Assembly (NCBI GenBank): GCA_902628925.1
Contig: CACOPA010000003.1
Location: 98,485-162,484, forward strand
Reading direction: 5' to 3'
DNA length: 64,000 nucleotides
Source: an uncultured SAR86 cluster bacterium
Lineage (GTDB): Bacteria > Pseudomonadota > Gammaproteobacteria > Magnimaribacterales > D2472
Positions within the stretch are counted from its first letter, which is position 1, and each line of letters starts with the position of its first letter. A program made the position numbers and the translations under genes. Shown here piece after piece: positions 52,637 to 61,934 of the stretch. The notes beneath the pieces were generated by a model. The model was not told where the DNA came from. It did not search any database and saw only the letters and a program-made list of their open reading frames with translations.

Positions 52637-53242
52637 ATGAGCGAAGATAATAAGATTGTCGATGGCGCTAAAGACGTTGTTGAAGGTGTTGCAGACGTAA
52701 CCAAGGAAACTGTTGGTGCCGTTGGCGATGTAGCCGGTGAAGCGGTAGAGGGTGTTGTTGAAACGGCATCTGCAGCTGCAGAAGGCGTAAAAGAGACCGC
52801 TGAAGAAGTAGTAGATACAGCTGTAGATGTAGCTAGTGAAGTTGTTGAGACTGTTGGTGAAACAGTTGATGCTGCTATCGAAGGCGTTAAAGATGTAGCT
52901 GGTGAAGTTGCTGAAGCAGGAAAAGAAGTTTTAGATGAATTAAAAGAAGGCGATGTTGTTGGTGCCGCTAAAGAAGTTGTTGAAGGCGTAGCTGAAACAG
53001 CTGGAGCAGCAGTTGATGCAGTAGCAGACGTTGCAGGTGAGGTTGTTGAAGGAGCCGTGGAAACAGCTTCTGCAGCAGTTGAAGGTGTTGTTGATGTAGC
53101 TGGCGAAGTTGCTGAAGGCGTCAAAGACGTAGCTGAAGAAGTGGTTGAAACTGTTGGTGAAACAGTAGATGCTGCCATTGAAGGGGTTAAGGATGTTGCT
53201 GAAAGCGTTAAAGACGCAGTTCTTGGCGACGACGACAAGTAG
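52637..53242 (+). CDS. Acidic protein composed of 17 eleven-residue repeats (unknown function)
   Basis: AAGAGG lies 6 nt upstream of ATG 52637, while the upstream ATG 52604 lacks an RBS. The repeat consensus is about xVEGVxDVAGE. A strong terminator follows. Confidence 0.75.
   Translation: MSEDNKIVDGAKDVVEGVADVTKETVGAVGDVAGEAVEGVVETASAAAEGVKETAEEVVDTAVDVASEVVETVGETVDAAIEGVKDVAGEVAEAGKEVLDELKEGDVVGAAKEVVEGVAETAGAAVDAVADVAGEVVEGAVETASAAVEGVVDVAGEVAEGVKDVAEEVVETVGETVDAAIEGVKDVAESVKDAVLGDDDK
52676..53239 (+). repeat. 33-bp periodic coding repeat (17 units) with a nested ~95-codon duplication
   Basis: Manual parsing of the translation gives 17 consecutive 11-aa units with one extra residue in unit 9. 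The segments around 52841-52918 and 53143-53208 are near-identical at DNA level. Confidence 0.8.
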
Positions 53243-53258
53243 TATTATCTTTTCTCAT

Positions 53259-53287
53259 AAAAAAGGAGGCCTTGCCTCCTTTTTTTT
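53259..53287 (+). terminator. Rho-independent terminator
   Basis: AAAAAGGAGGC-CTT-GCCTCCTTTTTTTT. Confidence 0.85.
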
Positions 53288-53300
53288 GGCTTAAAGCTTA

Positions 53301-53328
53301 TTGCCTTTAAACCAGCCTCGTTTAAAAT
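53301..53328 (+). promoter_or_regulatory. Candidate promoter of tRNA-Val
   Basis: TTGCCT, a 16-nt spacer, then TAAAAT. A GC-rich discriminator-like GTCCGTCC follows just before the tRNA 5' end. Confidence 0.4.
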
Positions 53329-53338
53329 AGTCCGTCCT

Positions 53339-53415
53339 AGACCCGTAGCTCAGTTGGTTAGAGCGCTGTCTTGACATGGCAGAGGTCAGCAGTTCAAATC
53401 TGCTCGGGTCTACCA
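53339..53415 (+). tRNA. tRNA-Val (anticodon GAC)
   Basis: Hand-folded cloverleaf. Acceptor AGACCCG/CGGGTCT. D-arm GCTC-AGTTGGTTA-GAGC. Anticodon stem CTGTC/GGCAG with loop TTGACAT. T-arm AGCAG-TTCAAAT-CTGCT. ACCA end. 77 nt. Confidence 0.95.
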
Positions 53416-53428
53416 TTTAAGGATCTTT

Positions 53429-54607
53429 ATGAAAAATTTATTTTTGAGTTTATCGGCATGCTTTTTTTCAACTTTAGCTTTCGCTGAATACTTTCCAGAT
53501 GAAAACTGGGAGATATCCAGTGCATCGCAAGAAAATGTTAATGAGATAAGGCTCAAAGCTCTTGAAGACATTGCATTTAAAGATCCTGCAACTCAGGCTT
53601 TGGTTGTTGTCAAAAACGGGAAAATTATAAGTGAGCGATACGCTGAAAATTATAATAAAGATTCTTTCGGTACCTCATGGTCAGTCGCTAAAAGTTTTTA
53701 TGCTGCATTGATCGGCATTTCTATTGAGAAAGGTGAAATAAAAAGTCTCGATGATCCAGTTTACAAATACTTACCGGTGTATAAAGAAGATGAGCGCTCA
53801 GTTATTACCCTAAGGAATATTCTTGATATGGAAAGTGGTCTGCAGTATCCAGAGACTCAACATGAGACAATGTTTCTAAATGAAGATCAACTTCAATATG
53901 CTTTAAATGTTCCATTAGAAAAAAAACCTGGATCAAAATGGGAATATAACAATGTTAATTCAATGTTATTGGCTGCTATTTTAGAAGCGGCAACCGGTCA
54001 GCCTGCAGATCAGCTTTTAGACAATAGAATATTACAGCCCATTGGCATCAAAAACTCAACGCTATGGAAAGATAGTCGCGGTAATGTTATGACCTATTGT
54101 TGCATAGATATGAGTGCGAGAGACTTTTCAAGATTTGGATTATTGTTTGCAAGAAACGGCAACTGGAATAATCAATCGTTAGTCCCAAATGGCTATATTG
54201 ATGAAACTTTTAGTACATCATGGAGATTTAAAGCACCAAGACAAGGCGGATATTCATTACATTGGTGGATGGCTGCTGATGATAAAAACCATGAAATCTT
54301 TTTTGCTAGCGGTAAATTTGGGCAATATATTTTTGTTGATCGGGATAATGATGTGGTGGTTACCAAAATAACTAAATACGATCCGATTCCTGGTGATACT
54401 CAAGATTTTAAAGAATTTAAATGGTTAAAAGAAATTGGTGATACGGATGTGACCTTAGCGGTTTGGGACTTTCTTGAGAGCTCGAAGATTATGAAAGTGG
54501 GTGAAGGTGGCGTCACATCTCCAATTACCAAAGAAAACGGTGATGAATCAACTTTTCGTAAAGATATTTATAAGTTTATTGAAAATCTTGCCTTGCTATC
54601 TGATTAA
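53429..54607 (+). CDS. Serine hydrolase, beta-lactamase/esterase (class C-like) family, exported
   Basis: Signal peptide, S-x-x-K in WSVAKSF, and a Y-x-N-like EYNNVNS. Confidence 0.8.
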   Translation: MKNLFLSLSACFFSTLAFAEYFPDENWEISSASQENVNEIRLKALEDIAFKDPATQALVVVKNGKIISERYAENYNKDSFGTSWSVAKSFYAALIGISIEKGEIKSLDDPVYKYLPVYKEDERSVITLRNILDMESGLQYPETQHETMFLNEDQLQYALNVPLEKKPGSKWEYNNVNSMLLAAILEAATGQPADQLLDNRILQPIGIKNSTLWKDSRGNVMTYCCIDMSARDFSRFGLLFARNGNWNNQSLVPNGYIDETFSTSWRFKAPRQGGYSLHWWMAADDKNHEIFFASGKFGQYIFVDRDNDVVVTKITKYDPIPGDTQDFKEFKWLKEIGDTDVTLAVWDFLESSKIMKVGEGGVTSPITKENGDESTFRKDIYKFIENLALLSD

Positions 54608-56376
54608 AACCAGACGTACATAATCATTGGCACTGAAATAGCTGCAATCACTATTTCAAGGGGTAACCCAAGTCTCCAGTAATCTCCAAATTTATATCCT
54701 CCCGGTGCCATAACCAGGGTATTACACTGGTGTCCAATGGGTGAGAGAAAAGCACAACTTGCTCCAACAGCAACTGCCATTAAGAAAGGCTCCACAGGAG
54801 CGCCTAGTTGAGAGGCAATATTTGCAGCGATTGGCGCCATGATAATGGCGGTTGCAGCATTATTGATGATGTCTGAAACAAACATGGTTACCACAAGAAT
54901 TAACAGTATGATCATGTAAACGGGTAAGGCTTCGGTATATCCTGATATAAACATCGCAATATTATTGGATATTCCAGTTGTTTCCAGTGCTTGGCCAATT
55001 GGTATCATTGCAGCCAACATCACAATGACTGGCCATTCAATACTTCGATAAAGATTTCCGTTAAGAACTTTAACTCCAATAAATGCAAGAACACATAATA
55101 AGAAAGCAATCACAATATTAATAACATTAAAGGCAGCAAGCAGGAGGAAAGTAACAAAGAAAATAATGCTCTTTAATAGTCGACTGCGACTGGGGATGAC
55201 TTGCATTTCTCGTTGCATCAGTGGCATGAGGCCCAAGTGCTTAATGCGTTCTTTAACTCCTTCTTCATCAATGGACCGCACACCCAGTAAAAGCACATCC
55301 CCAACCCTAAAGATTTCACGTGAAAGCCTGGTTCTAAACTTTGCTCCTTGTCGCCAAAGTCCAAGCAGGGCAAGGTCTTCTGAGGCTAGGCGCTTTAAAA
55401 ATTCTTGTTTACGACCAATGAGTCTTGAAGATGCTGTGACCATCACCTCAATTTCTTCAAGATCAGATTCCTTAATGGTATTAAGATCCTCAGAAATCTC
55501 TAAATCAAGATCACTTTGCAATCTTGAAATATCATCTGGTGAGGTTTTAATCACAAGAACCTGATTATGAGCAAATTTAGTTACCATTGAGACCTTGCTG
55601 ACTGCACCTGATTCATTAACAATGCCCAGTACTTCTGTTTCTGGACCTGCTACTTTTTTAATTTCAGATAATCTTTTACCGATGGCTTTGCTATCTTTTT
55701 TTACTCTGACTTCAAACAAATAGTTTTTCAGATCAATTAACTTAATTTCATCTCCAGCTTCTTGCCTTACTTTGACCAAACGATAACCAAGAAAAGCAAT
55801 GAAGACTACACCCAAAAGGCTTACAGCAACACCCACAAAAGAAAAATCAAAGAAATTAAAGCTGGTCCCTGTATAAGTTTCTCTGTATTGAGAAATAATA
55901 ATATTTGGCGGGGTTCCAATCATGGTATTCATCCCCCCCAAAATACTTGCAAAAGCAAGCGGCATTAAAAACTTCGGAGGATTCCAATTATTTTGCTGAC
56001 AAACCGCAATGGTTACTGGCAGTAGTATTGCCATGGCGCCAATGTTGTTCATAAATGAAGACAATGCAGCAGCAGTTACCAGAATGACTAGCAGAAACTG
56101 GTTCTCGCTCAATGGGATTTTAGAAAGTTGCCCGCCTATTAATCCAACAAAGCCAGATTCCTGTAGACCTCTGCTGATCAATAATACCAAAGCCACGATA
56201 ATGACTGCAGGATGACCAAACCCTGAAAAAGCACCGTTGATTGGAATCACTTCAAACAGAACCAAAACAGCCAGTGCCACTAAAGTAACAGCATCATACC
56301 GCCAGCGACCCCAAATCAATAGACCAACCAAAATACATATAGTTACAACTAACACATTTTGGTCACTAAGCATCAA
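54604..56376 (-). CDS. SLC13/DASS-type anion permease with central TrkA-C domains
   Basis: 590 aa. The N- and C-terminal halves are polytopic. A soluble segment of about 170 aa (VKVRQEAGDE...LMPLMQRE) sits where such permeases carry paired TrkA-C domains. Confidence 0.8.
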   Translation of the reverse strand: MMLSDQNVLVVTICILVGLLIWGRWRYDAVTLVALAVLVLFEVIPINGAFSGFGHPAVIIVALVLLISRGLQESGFVGLIGGQLSKIPLSENQFLLVILVTAAALSSFMNNIGAMAILLPVTIAVCQQNNWNPPKFLMPLAFASILGGMNTMIGTPPNIIISQYRETYTGTSFNFFDFSFVGVAVSLLGVVFIAFLGYRLVKVRQEAGDEIKLIDLKNYLFEVRVKKDSKAIGKRLSEIKKVAGPETEVLGIVNESGAVSKVSMVTKFAHNQVLVIKTSPDDISRLQSDLDLEISEDLNTIKESDLEEIEVMVTASSRLIGRKQEFLKRLASEDLALLGLWRQGAKFRTRLSREIFRVGDVLLLGVRSIDEEGVKERIKHLGLMPLMQREMQVIPSRSRLLKSIIFFVTFLLLAAFNVINIVIAFLLCVLAFIGVKVLNGNLYRSIEWPVIVMLAAMIPIGQALETTGISNNIAMFISGYTEALPVYMIILLILVVTMFVSDIINNAATAIIMAPIAANIASQLGAPVEPFLMAVAVGASCAFLSPIGHQCNTLVMAPGGYKFGDYWRLGLPLEIVIAAISVPMIMYVWF

Positions 56377-56382
56377 AACGCC

Positions 56383-56697
56383 TTAGTAGATTTTTAACTT
56401 AGGTGCATTGGTCATCACGCTCTTAATTCCTTTATTCATTGAAGATCTATCAGCATAGCTTTGTGATGTTGCGACAACTTTATTATTTCCAGCTACTAAA
56501 TTAAAACTCCATTTACCACCGCGAGTTTCTTTGGTTTTGAAGTTATCTTTTGAAGCGGCATGCTTGGCAACTGATTTGATACCTTTCAAACATGTTGCCC
56601 GGGATGCGTAAGCTTGAGATGCAATTATATTTTCTCCATTTTTAGCCTTTAACCTAAAACGATGTTTACCACCCCTATCTTTATAAATTTCGAACAT
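56383..56697 (-). CDS. YegP family protein (two DUF1508 repeats)
   Basis: MFEIYKDRGGKHRFRLKAKNGENIIASQAYASRATCLKGIKSV, repeated as KWSFNLVAGNNKVVATSQSYADRSSMNKGIKSV. Confidence 0.85.
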   Translation of the reverse strand: MFEIYKDRGGKHRFRLKAKNGENIIASQAYASRATCLKGIKSVAKHAASKDNFKTKETRGGKWSFNLVAGNNKVVATSQSYADRSSMNKGIKSVMTNAPKLKIY

Positions 56698-56761
56698 TTC
56701 TCCTCCTTATCTGCAGAGTTCAAATACTAACAAACTTACTTGGTAAAAACACATTTTTTTT

Positions 56762-57832
56762 ATGCACGCGAGTGCTCTAGGCTATAATCCGCTTATGAAA
56801 AATCTCAAAAGTTTTTTTGAAGGAACCTTTTCAAAAATCATTGGCATCTTCATTATTCTATCCATTACTGACCAGGTATTAACTTCAATGGAACTCACTC
56901 GTACGGTAGAGAGAATTTTTGATGTTTTTTACCTTCTCACTATAACCTTATTCAGTCTGGAATTTTTAATTCGTATTATAGTTATAAGAAAGTTTGATTT
57001 TCTTTTGGCTGTTGATGCTATTGTCTTGATTAATGCCCTTTTTATTGGATTAGTTGATTTAAGAATGTTGAGATTGTTCCGGCTCTTTCAAATTTTTAGA
57101 GCTTCAAAGTTTTTAGTACCCACTAATACGTTAATTAAGACCATTGTCATGCAACGGAATGCATTGCTTGGCTCACAAATGATGGTGATCTCCATCTTAC
57201 TGGTTGTTTCCACACTTATTTATTTTCTTGAATCAGAAGCACAGCCAGAAATATTTGGCAGCATTCCTGCTGCGATGTGGTGGGGCATAGCAACGTTAAC
57301 TACGGTGGGCTATGGAGATGTTGTACCAAGCACTGAAGTTGGTAAAATTCTTGCAAGCTTTACCATGTTTATTGGCATTGGCATGTTTGCTTTGCCAGCT
57401 GCAATTTTGGCATCAGCTTATTATGAGGAGATTCAAAAAAGGAATTTTTTGATCACTTTCGAGGCCATCGCAGCCATTCCTTTATTTCAGCAATTACCAG
57501 TGGGGGCGATCAATAAAATCAACGAAAAGCTGGATGTAAAACTATTTCAAAAGAATGAAGAAATTTTTAAAAAAGGTGACGAGGGTGATGCGATGTTTAT
57601 TATTGAGCAAGGTCAAGTCAAAGTAGATCTTGAAAACCCTGTTTACTTAGGTCCAGGTGATTTTTTTGGAGAGATGGCATTAATCTCAAACTCACCTAGA
57701 AATGCAACCCTCATTGCTACCGGTGATAGTAAACTCTTTGAACTCAAAAAATCTGATCTTGAAGAACTCTTTGATGAGCACGAAGTGCTCTTTAGAGAAC
57801 TTGAGGAAACAATCAAAAACCGCTCAGCTTAA
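56762..57832 (+). CDS. Cyclic-nucleotide-gated/voltage-sensor-type K+ channel (MloK1-like)
   Basis: Six TM helices with an S4-like LRMLRLFRLFQIFRASK, selectivity filter TTVGYGD, and a C-terminal cNMP-binding domain (FFGEMALISNSPRNATLIA). An alternative start is ATG 56795, 6 nt after a TATAAT box. Confidence 0.9.
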   Translation: MHASALGYNPLMKNLKSFFEGTFSKIIGIFIILSITDQVLTSMELTRTVERIFDVFYLLTITLFSLEFLIRIIVIRKFDFLLAVDAIVLINALFIGLVDLRMLRLFRLFQIFRASKFLVPTNTLIKTIVMQRNALLGSQMMVISILLVVSTLIYFLESEAQPEIFGSIPAAMWWGIATLTTVGYGDVVPSTEVGKILASFTMFIGIGMFALPAAILASAYYEEIQKRNFLITFEAIAAIPLFQQLPVGAINKINEKLDVKLFQKNEEIFKKGDEGDAMFIIEQGQVKVDLENPVYLGPGDFFGEMALISNSPRNATLIATGDSKLFELKKSDLEELFDEHEVLFRELEETIKNRSA

Positions 57833-58995
57833 TCGTCACCGCCTGAATCAGGATCAATGCGTTGAGGTTCATGAGAAAGGTCTTGCACCACATCATAATC
57901 TTCAGGATTTTTTTCTGTATTCTCCACATAAACTGACGTTGATGGATAAGCAAACTCTGAGCCATTCGCACGAACGATTTTAATAGTTTCAAAAATTAAT
58001 GACTGTTTCACTTTAGTAAAGTCAGTGAGGTTAAGAGGCTCGGTATAACAGAGAATTCTTATATCAATTGAGCTAGCTCCAAACTCATCAGTTCTAGCAA
58101 AGGAGTCCTGTCGTGGGTTTTCAGCAAACTGATCAGAGCTTTTAATGAAGCCTTCAATCTCTTCACAAATTTTAGCGAGTTGATCTTGAGTTGTTGAGTA
58201 AATCAAATTAATGGTCCAGCTAATTCTTCGATATTGCATGGCACCATGATTGATAACTTTAAAATCAGCAAGATCTTTATTTGGGACCAACATGGGAGCG
58301 GTACTAAAAAGCCTTACTAGTGTGGATCTGAAGCCAATGTTTTCAACCACGCCGTGAAGTTCACCTTCAATTTCAATTCTGTCGCCAGGTTGGAATCGAT
58401 TCTCACCTATAATTAAAATTCCTGCAATTAAGTTTTTAAATAAGTCTTGGGCACCCAAGGCTACGGCAACAGAAAATAGTCCTAAACCGGCAACTAGAGG
58501 ACCAATTTGAATGCCGAAGATATCTAGTATTACCCCAATACCTATTACCCAAATTAAAACCCTAGCCGCTCTCTCGAGCCACATGGTCATTGATGCCGTC
58601 AATAAACTTGTTGCTGAGAACATCCCAAATATAGGCTGCACAGAGTTTGATAAAGTGCTAAAAATTGTAAAAGCAATTGCAGCCTTAACAATATTTTGCG
58701 CAACTAATTCAGGAGTTCCGCTTAAGGGTAAGTAAAGGGTAATTACATACAAGGCGATCGTGATGGGTAGATAACCTAGAGGCTTTTTTAGCGTTTCTAA
58801 AAGAGCATCATCGGCTTCTGATTCAGTTTGCTCAGAAAGTTTTTCGAGCCATTTAAATACCCTTGCTATAAATATTCCTCTAACAATGAATCCAGCAAAA
58901 AGAATGACAATAGATACAATAAGCTCGGTGATACCAATTCCATATAAACCATCATCCCAAACCTGATTAACCACATTTAAAAAACTATCTAACAT
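57829..58995 (-). CDS. Mechanosensitive ion channel, MscS family
   Basis: TM helices followed by the MscS beta-domain motif PGDRIEIEGELHGVVENIGFRSTLVR. Confidence 0.9.
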   Translation of the reverse strand: MLDSFLNVVNQVWDDGLYGIGITELIVSIVILFAGFIVRGIFIARVFKWLEKLSEQTESEADDALLETLKKPLGYLPITIALYVITLYLPLSGTPELVAQNIVKAAIAFTIFSTLSNSVQPIFGMFSATSLLTASMTMWLERAARVLIWVIGIGVILDIFGIQIGPLVAGLGLFSVAVALGAQDLFKNLIAGILIIGENRFQPGDRIEIEGELHGVVENIGFRSTLVRLFSTAPMLVPNKDLADFKVINHGAMQYRRISWTINLIYSTTQDQLAKICEEIEGFIKSSDQFAENPRQDSFARTDEFGASSIDIRILCYTEPLNLTDFTKVKQSLIFETIKIVRANGSEFAYPSTSVYVENTEKNPEDYDVVQDLSHEPQRIDPDSGGDD

Positions 58996-59004
58996 CTTCT
59001 TCTC

Positions 59005-59751
59005 CTAGAAATTCCATGAAAATTTTGTACTAATGCTTTCATCCATTTTATCAGCATTTAATGGAGGTGCATTATCGTTAAACCTAGAATATTGCAGTGA
59101 AATTGTAACTTGTTCATTAACTTCAAAATCCAGAGCAAAAATAGCACTTGATTTAACATCATCGCTGAAGTCGTCGATAGAGGGCTGTACATAAATGGTG
59201 GTATTAAAATAAATGTTCTCACCTATTTCAAAATCATCATGGAAATAGATACTTATACGATCTGTTTTTGTATTTACTATGTTTAGATCCTCTTCATCCT
59301 CGTTTATGTAAGCCACACCAAGTCTTGCGTGATCATTGATAAGATATCTTAAACCCAAACCAGCAACCTCTCTTTTTCTGTAATTTCTGAAAGGGTTTTC
59401 AGAACGTTGCACAAATAACTCGTAATGCAATTTAGATTCATTTTTAAAGACTACTCGCCCATGGAAAAAATTGGACTCATCGATAATGTTACCGGTATAT
59501 TTTCTCTCTGACTGACTAACTACCAAGAAAGAATCAACCACTTCAGAATTATTATCTATTCGGTAGGTGAAAGTATAAAAATCTCGATCGCGGTTTCCTC
59601 TTGATGCATCAAGACTCCCTGAGATTGATTGAAATAGCCCTACTTCACCTTCTTGACGTAAGTCCTCTATATTGATAATTGCTGATGCAAAAGAATGCAT
59701 GCCAATCAATGCGATAGCTGCCAGTAAGCATTTATTTAGTTGTTGCAACAT
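59005..59751 (-). CDS. Outer-membrane beta-barrel protein, DUF481 (YdiY)-like
   Basis: Signal peptide ...SFASA, alternating beta-strand pattern, and a C-terminal NDNAPPLNADKMDESISTKFSWNF with terminal Phe. It resembles the YdiY C-terminus as I recall it. Confidence 0.6.
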   Translation of the reverse strand: MLQQLNKCLLAAIALIGMHSFASAIINIEDLRQEGEVGLFQSISGSLDASRGNRDRDFYTFTYRIDNNSEVVDSFLVVSQSERKYTGNIIDESNFFHGRVVFKNESKLHYELFVQRSENPFRNYRKREVAGLGLRYLINDHARLGVAYINEDEEDLNIVNTKTDRISIYFHDDFEIGENIYFNTTIYVQPSIDDFSDDVKSSAIFALDFEVNEQVTISLQYSRFNDNAPPLNADKMDESISTKFSWNF

Positions 59752-61921
59752 TTACACCATTCCAATCAAATCTTGGGGGGTGTATTCTAAATTGATTTAT
59801 CCTTTCTTGAAAGTATTGATAGTATTTTTCTAGCTCGGGAGCCTTAGCCTTTGCTTTTAATAAATAGCGTTCTGCCTCATCCCAATTTTGTTGTCTATAT
59901 TTTGCTAGCATTTCTTTGTGGGGCTCTTTCAGTTTTGCAGCCTCATCAATATGCAATTCACTCAAATAGGTATAAATTCTAACTGGCTCACTTTTTCCTT
60001 TTACCGCTATTAAATCTAGTTCAATTAGCTTGAAATCTGGCATTTGTTTCGCTGTTTCCTCACCTAAAACAATGTTGACACCATACGTTCCTGACTGACC
60101 CTCAAGTCGAGCTGCTAAATTAACTGCATCGCCTAGTACTGTATAGTCAAAGCGTTTATCTGAACCCATATTTCCTACAATGCAATCACCTGTATTAATG
60201 CCAATGCCAATCTCCATGGCAAGCTTTCCTTCACCAACTAGTTCGTTATTGAGTTCTTTAAGTGCCCTGCGCATTTTGACACCCGCTTTGATCGCAAGTT
60301 CAGCATGATTATCTTGGGAAGCAGGTGCATTCCAAAAGGCCATAATGCAGTCTCCCATGTATTTATCAATAGTTCCCTCACATTCTAAAATCTCATTGGA
60401 TAAAGTTGTTAGCAGTCGATTGATAAGGTCGGTGAGGGCTTCAGGATCTTGTTTATACTGCTCAGAGATTTTAGTAAAACCACGAATATCTGAAAATAGC
60501 ATGGTCATATCTTTGCGCTCACCTCCAAGTTTCAGTGATTCATTAGATTCAGCCAAACGGTTCACCATTTCTGGTGACATATATTGTGCGAATGCACCAC
60601 GCACTCTACTTCTTTCGAGCTCTGTAAAGAGAAAATTAAAGAACGTAACAGCGACATAAACAGTCAAAATTATCACCAAAGGTGAAATGGGGTCAACCAA
60701 AAATAGTTTTGATTTAAAGAAATACCAGCTACCACCAATAATGCCTCCTGAACCCACACCCAGAACCGTCAAGCCTCCAATTGGACCAAGAGTTTGAATC
60801 ATGAAAGTAATTAATAAAGATAAAACTAGTCCAGCAATAAATTCTGCACCAAACAACCAATCAGGTCGTTGTAAGAACTCATTAGCAAAAATTTGCTGTA
60901 CAAATTGACCGATAATGGTGACCCCTGGAATATTTTTTTCAATTGGAGTAGATCGTAGATCAAATAAACCCGCAGCCGAAGTCCCAACTAATACTACTTT
61001 CCCTGAAAAGAAATCAGGATCAATCGATCCAGATAGCACATCCCAGGCCGAGACAGTGACTAACTCTGCAGTTGGTGCAAAGTAAATCCACGATTGCCCA
61101 TCAGGCGTGGTGGGCATGGTTAGTGGTCCAAGTTTGATGTTGTTAATTCCCGTTTGGGCACCAAAGGCTTCTTCGCTGGAGGCATTAGAAGCTTTAATTT
61201 GAAAAGTTGAAGCACCAATGGCAACCCGAGCAAGCTCAAGTCCTAAACTCGGGATCATTGTCTCACCAACACGATCAAAAGTCGGTAAGCTTCTCACTAC
61301 TGAATCATTATTACCAATGCTCATGGTTCCAATTCCTGCTGCATTTTCCTCAAGCAAGGAGATGTTCGGTTTTAATCCAGTGTAGGCAGGTAAGAACTGG
61401 TCAGGGTTGTCTCCCTGAGTTACCAAGCCAAATTTTGCCTTAGTCATGGGCAAAGTTTCATCAGAGTTATTAACCGCTACACCCAGTACCACCGTGCCAT
61501 GATTGGCTATAGCTCGAGCAAATACCTCATCATTATCTGGCAGTAATTCTACCTGTTGCTTCAAGGCAAGATTATTAGGAAACTGAGTTATGAGATTGCG
61601 GGGGTTAGTTCGATCAGGCTCAGCGAAGACGATATCAAAACCCAAAGCAGCTGCTGCATAAACTTGATCCGTTAATCTTGCAAGCGTGGTTCGTGACCAA
61701 GGCCATTGTCCTACTAGCTCTAAAGAGCGGTCATCAATATCAACAATTACCACCGGATCGTCTTCATAAACTTGTCTTGGAAAAAGTTGCTGAAAGGTAT
61801 CAAACGAATAGTTTTGTAAATTCGTAAAGACGCTAAAAGGATTAAGAATCGGCAACAAACTAACTAAGACAGCCAATCCATACAGTCCTCCTTTAATAAT
61901 CTGTTTAATTGAAAATTGCAT
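59732..61921 (-). CDS. CHASE2-domain class III adenylate cyclase
   Basis: N-terminal TM helix, a ~330-aa periplasmic CHASE2-like region, a TM bundle, then a cyclase domain (TMLFSDIRGFT, KYMGDCIMAFWNAP, FDYTVLGDAVNLAARLE). The Lys/Asp specificity pair suggests ATP. Confidence 0.9.
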   Translation of the reverse strand: MQFSIKQIIKGGLYGLAVLVSLLPILNPFSVFTNLQNYSFDTFQQLFPRQVYEDDPVVIVDIDDRSLELVGQWPWSRTTLARLTDQVYAAAALGFDIVFAEPDRTNPRNLITQFPNNLALKQQVELLPDNDEVFARAIANHGTVVLGVAVNNSDETLPMTKAKFGLVTQGDNPDQFLPAYTGLKPNISLLEENAAGIGTMSIGNNDSVVRSLPTFDRVGETMIPSLGLELARVAIGASTFQIKASNASSEEAFGAQTGINNIKLGPLTMPTTPDGQSWIYFAPTAELVTVSAWDVLSGSIDPDFFSGKVVLVGTSAAGLFDLRSTPIEKNIPGVTIIGQFVQQIFANEFLQRPDWLFGAEFIAGLVLSLLITFMIQTLGPIGGLTVLGVGSGGIIGGSWYFFKSKLFLVDPISPLVIILTVYVAVTFFNFLFTELERSRVRGAFAQYMSPEMVNRLAESNESLKLGGERKDMTMLFSDIRGFTKISEQYKQDPEALTDLINRLLTTLSNEILECEGTIDKYMGDCIMAFWNAPASQDNHAELAIKAGVKMRRALKELNNELVGEGKLAMEIGIGINTGDCIVGNMGSDKRFDYTVLGDAVNLAARLEGQSGTYGVNIVLGEETAKQMPDFKLIELDLIAVKGKSEPVRIYTYLSELHIDEAAKLKEPHKEMLAKYRQQNWDEAERYLLKAKAKAPELEKYYQYFQERINQFRIHPPRFDWNGVNVATTK

Positions 61922-61934
61922 GAATGGGTGGAAT

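Noticed and set aside
52549-53238. A 229-aa minus-strand ORF rich in S/T/P/A, exactly antisense to the repeat-protein gene.
   Set aside because: It is a shadow ORF created by the GNN/GAA-rich periodic coding repeat on the plus strand. It has no RBS. The plus strand has a well-spaced AAGAGG RBS and a matching downstream terminator.
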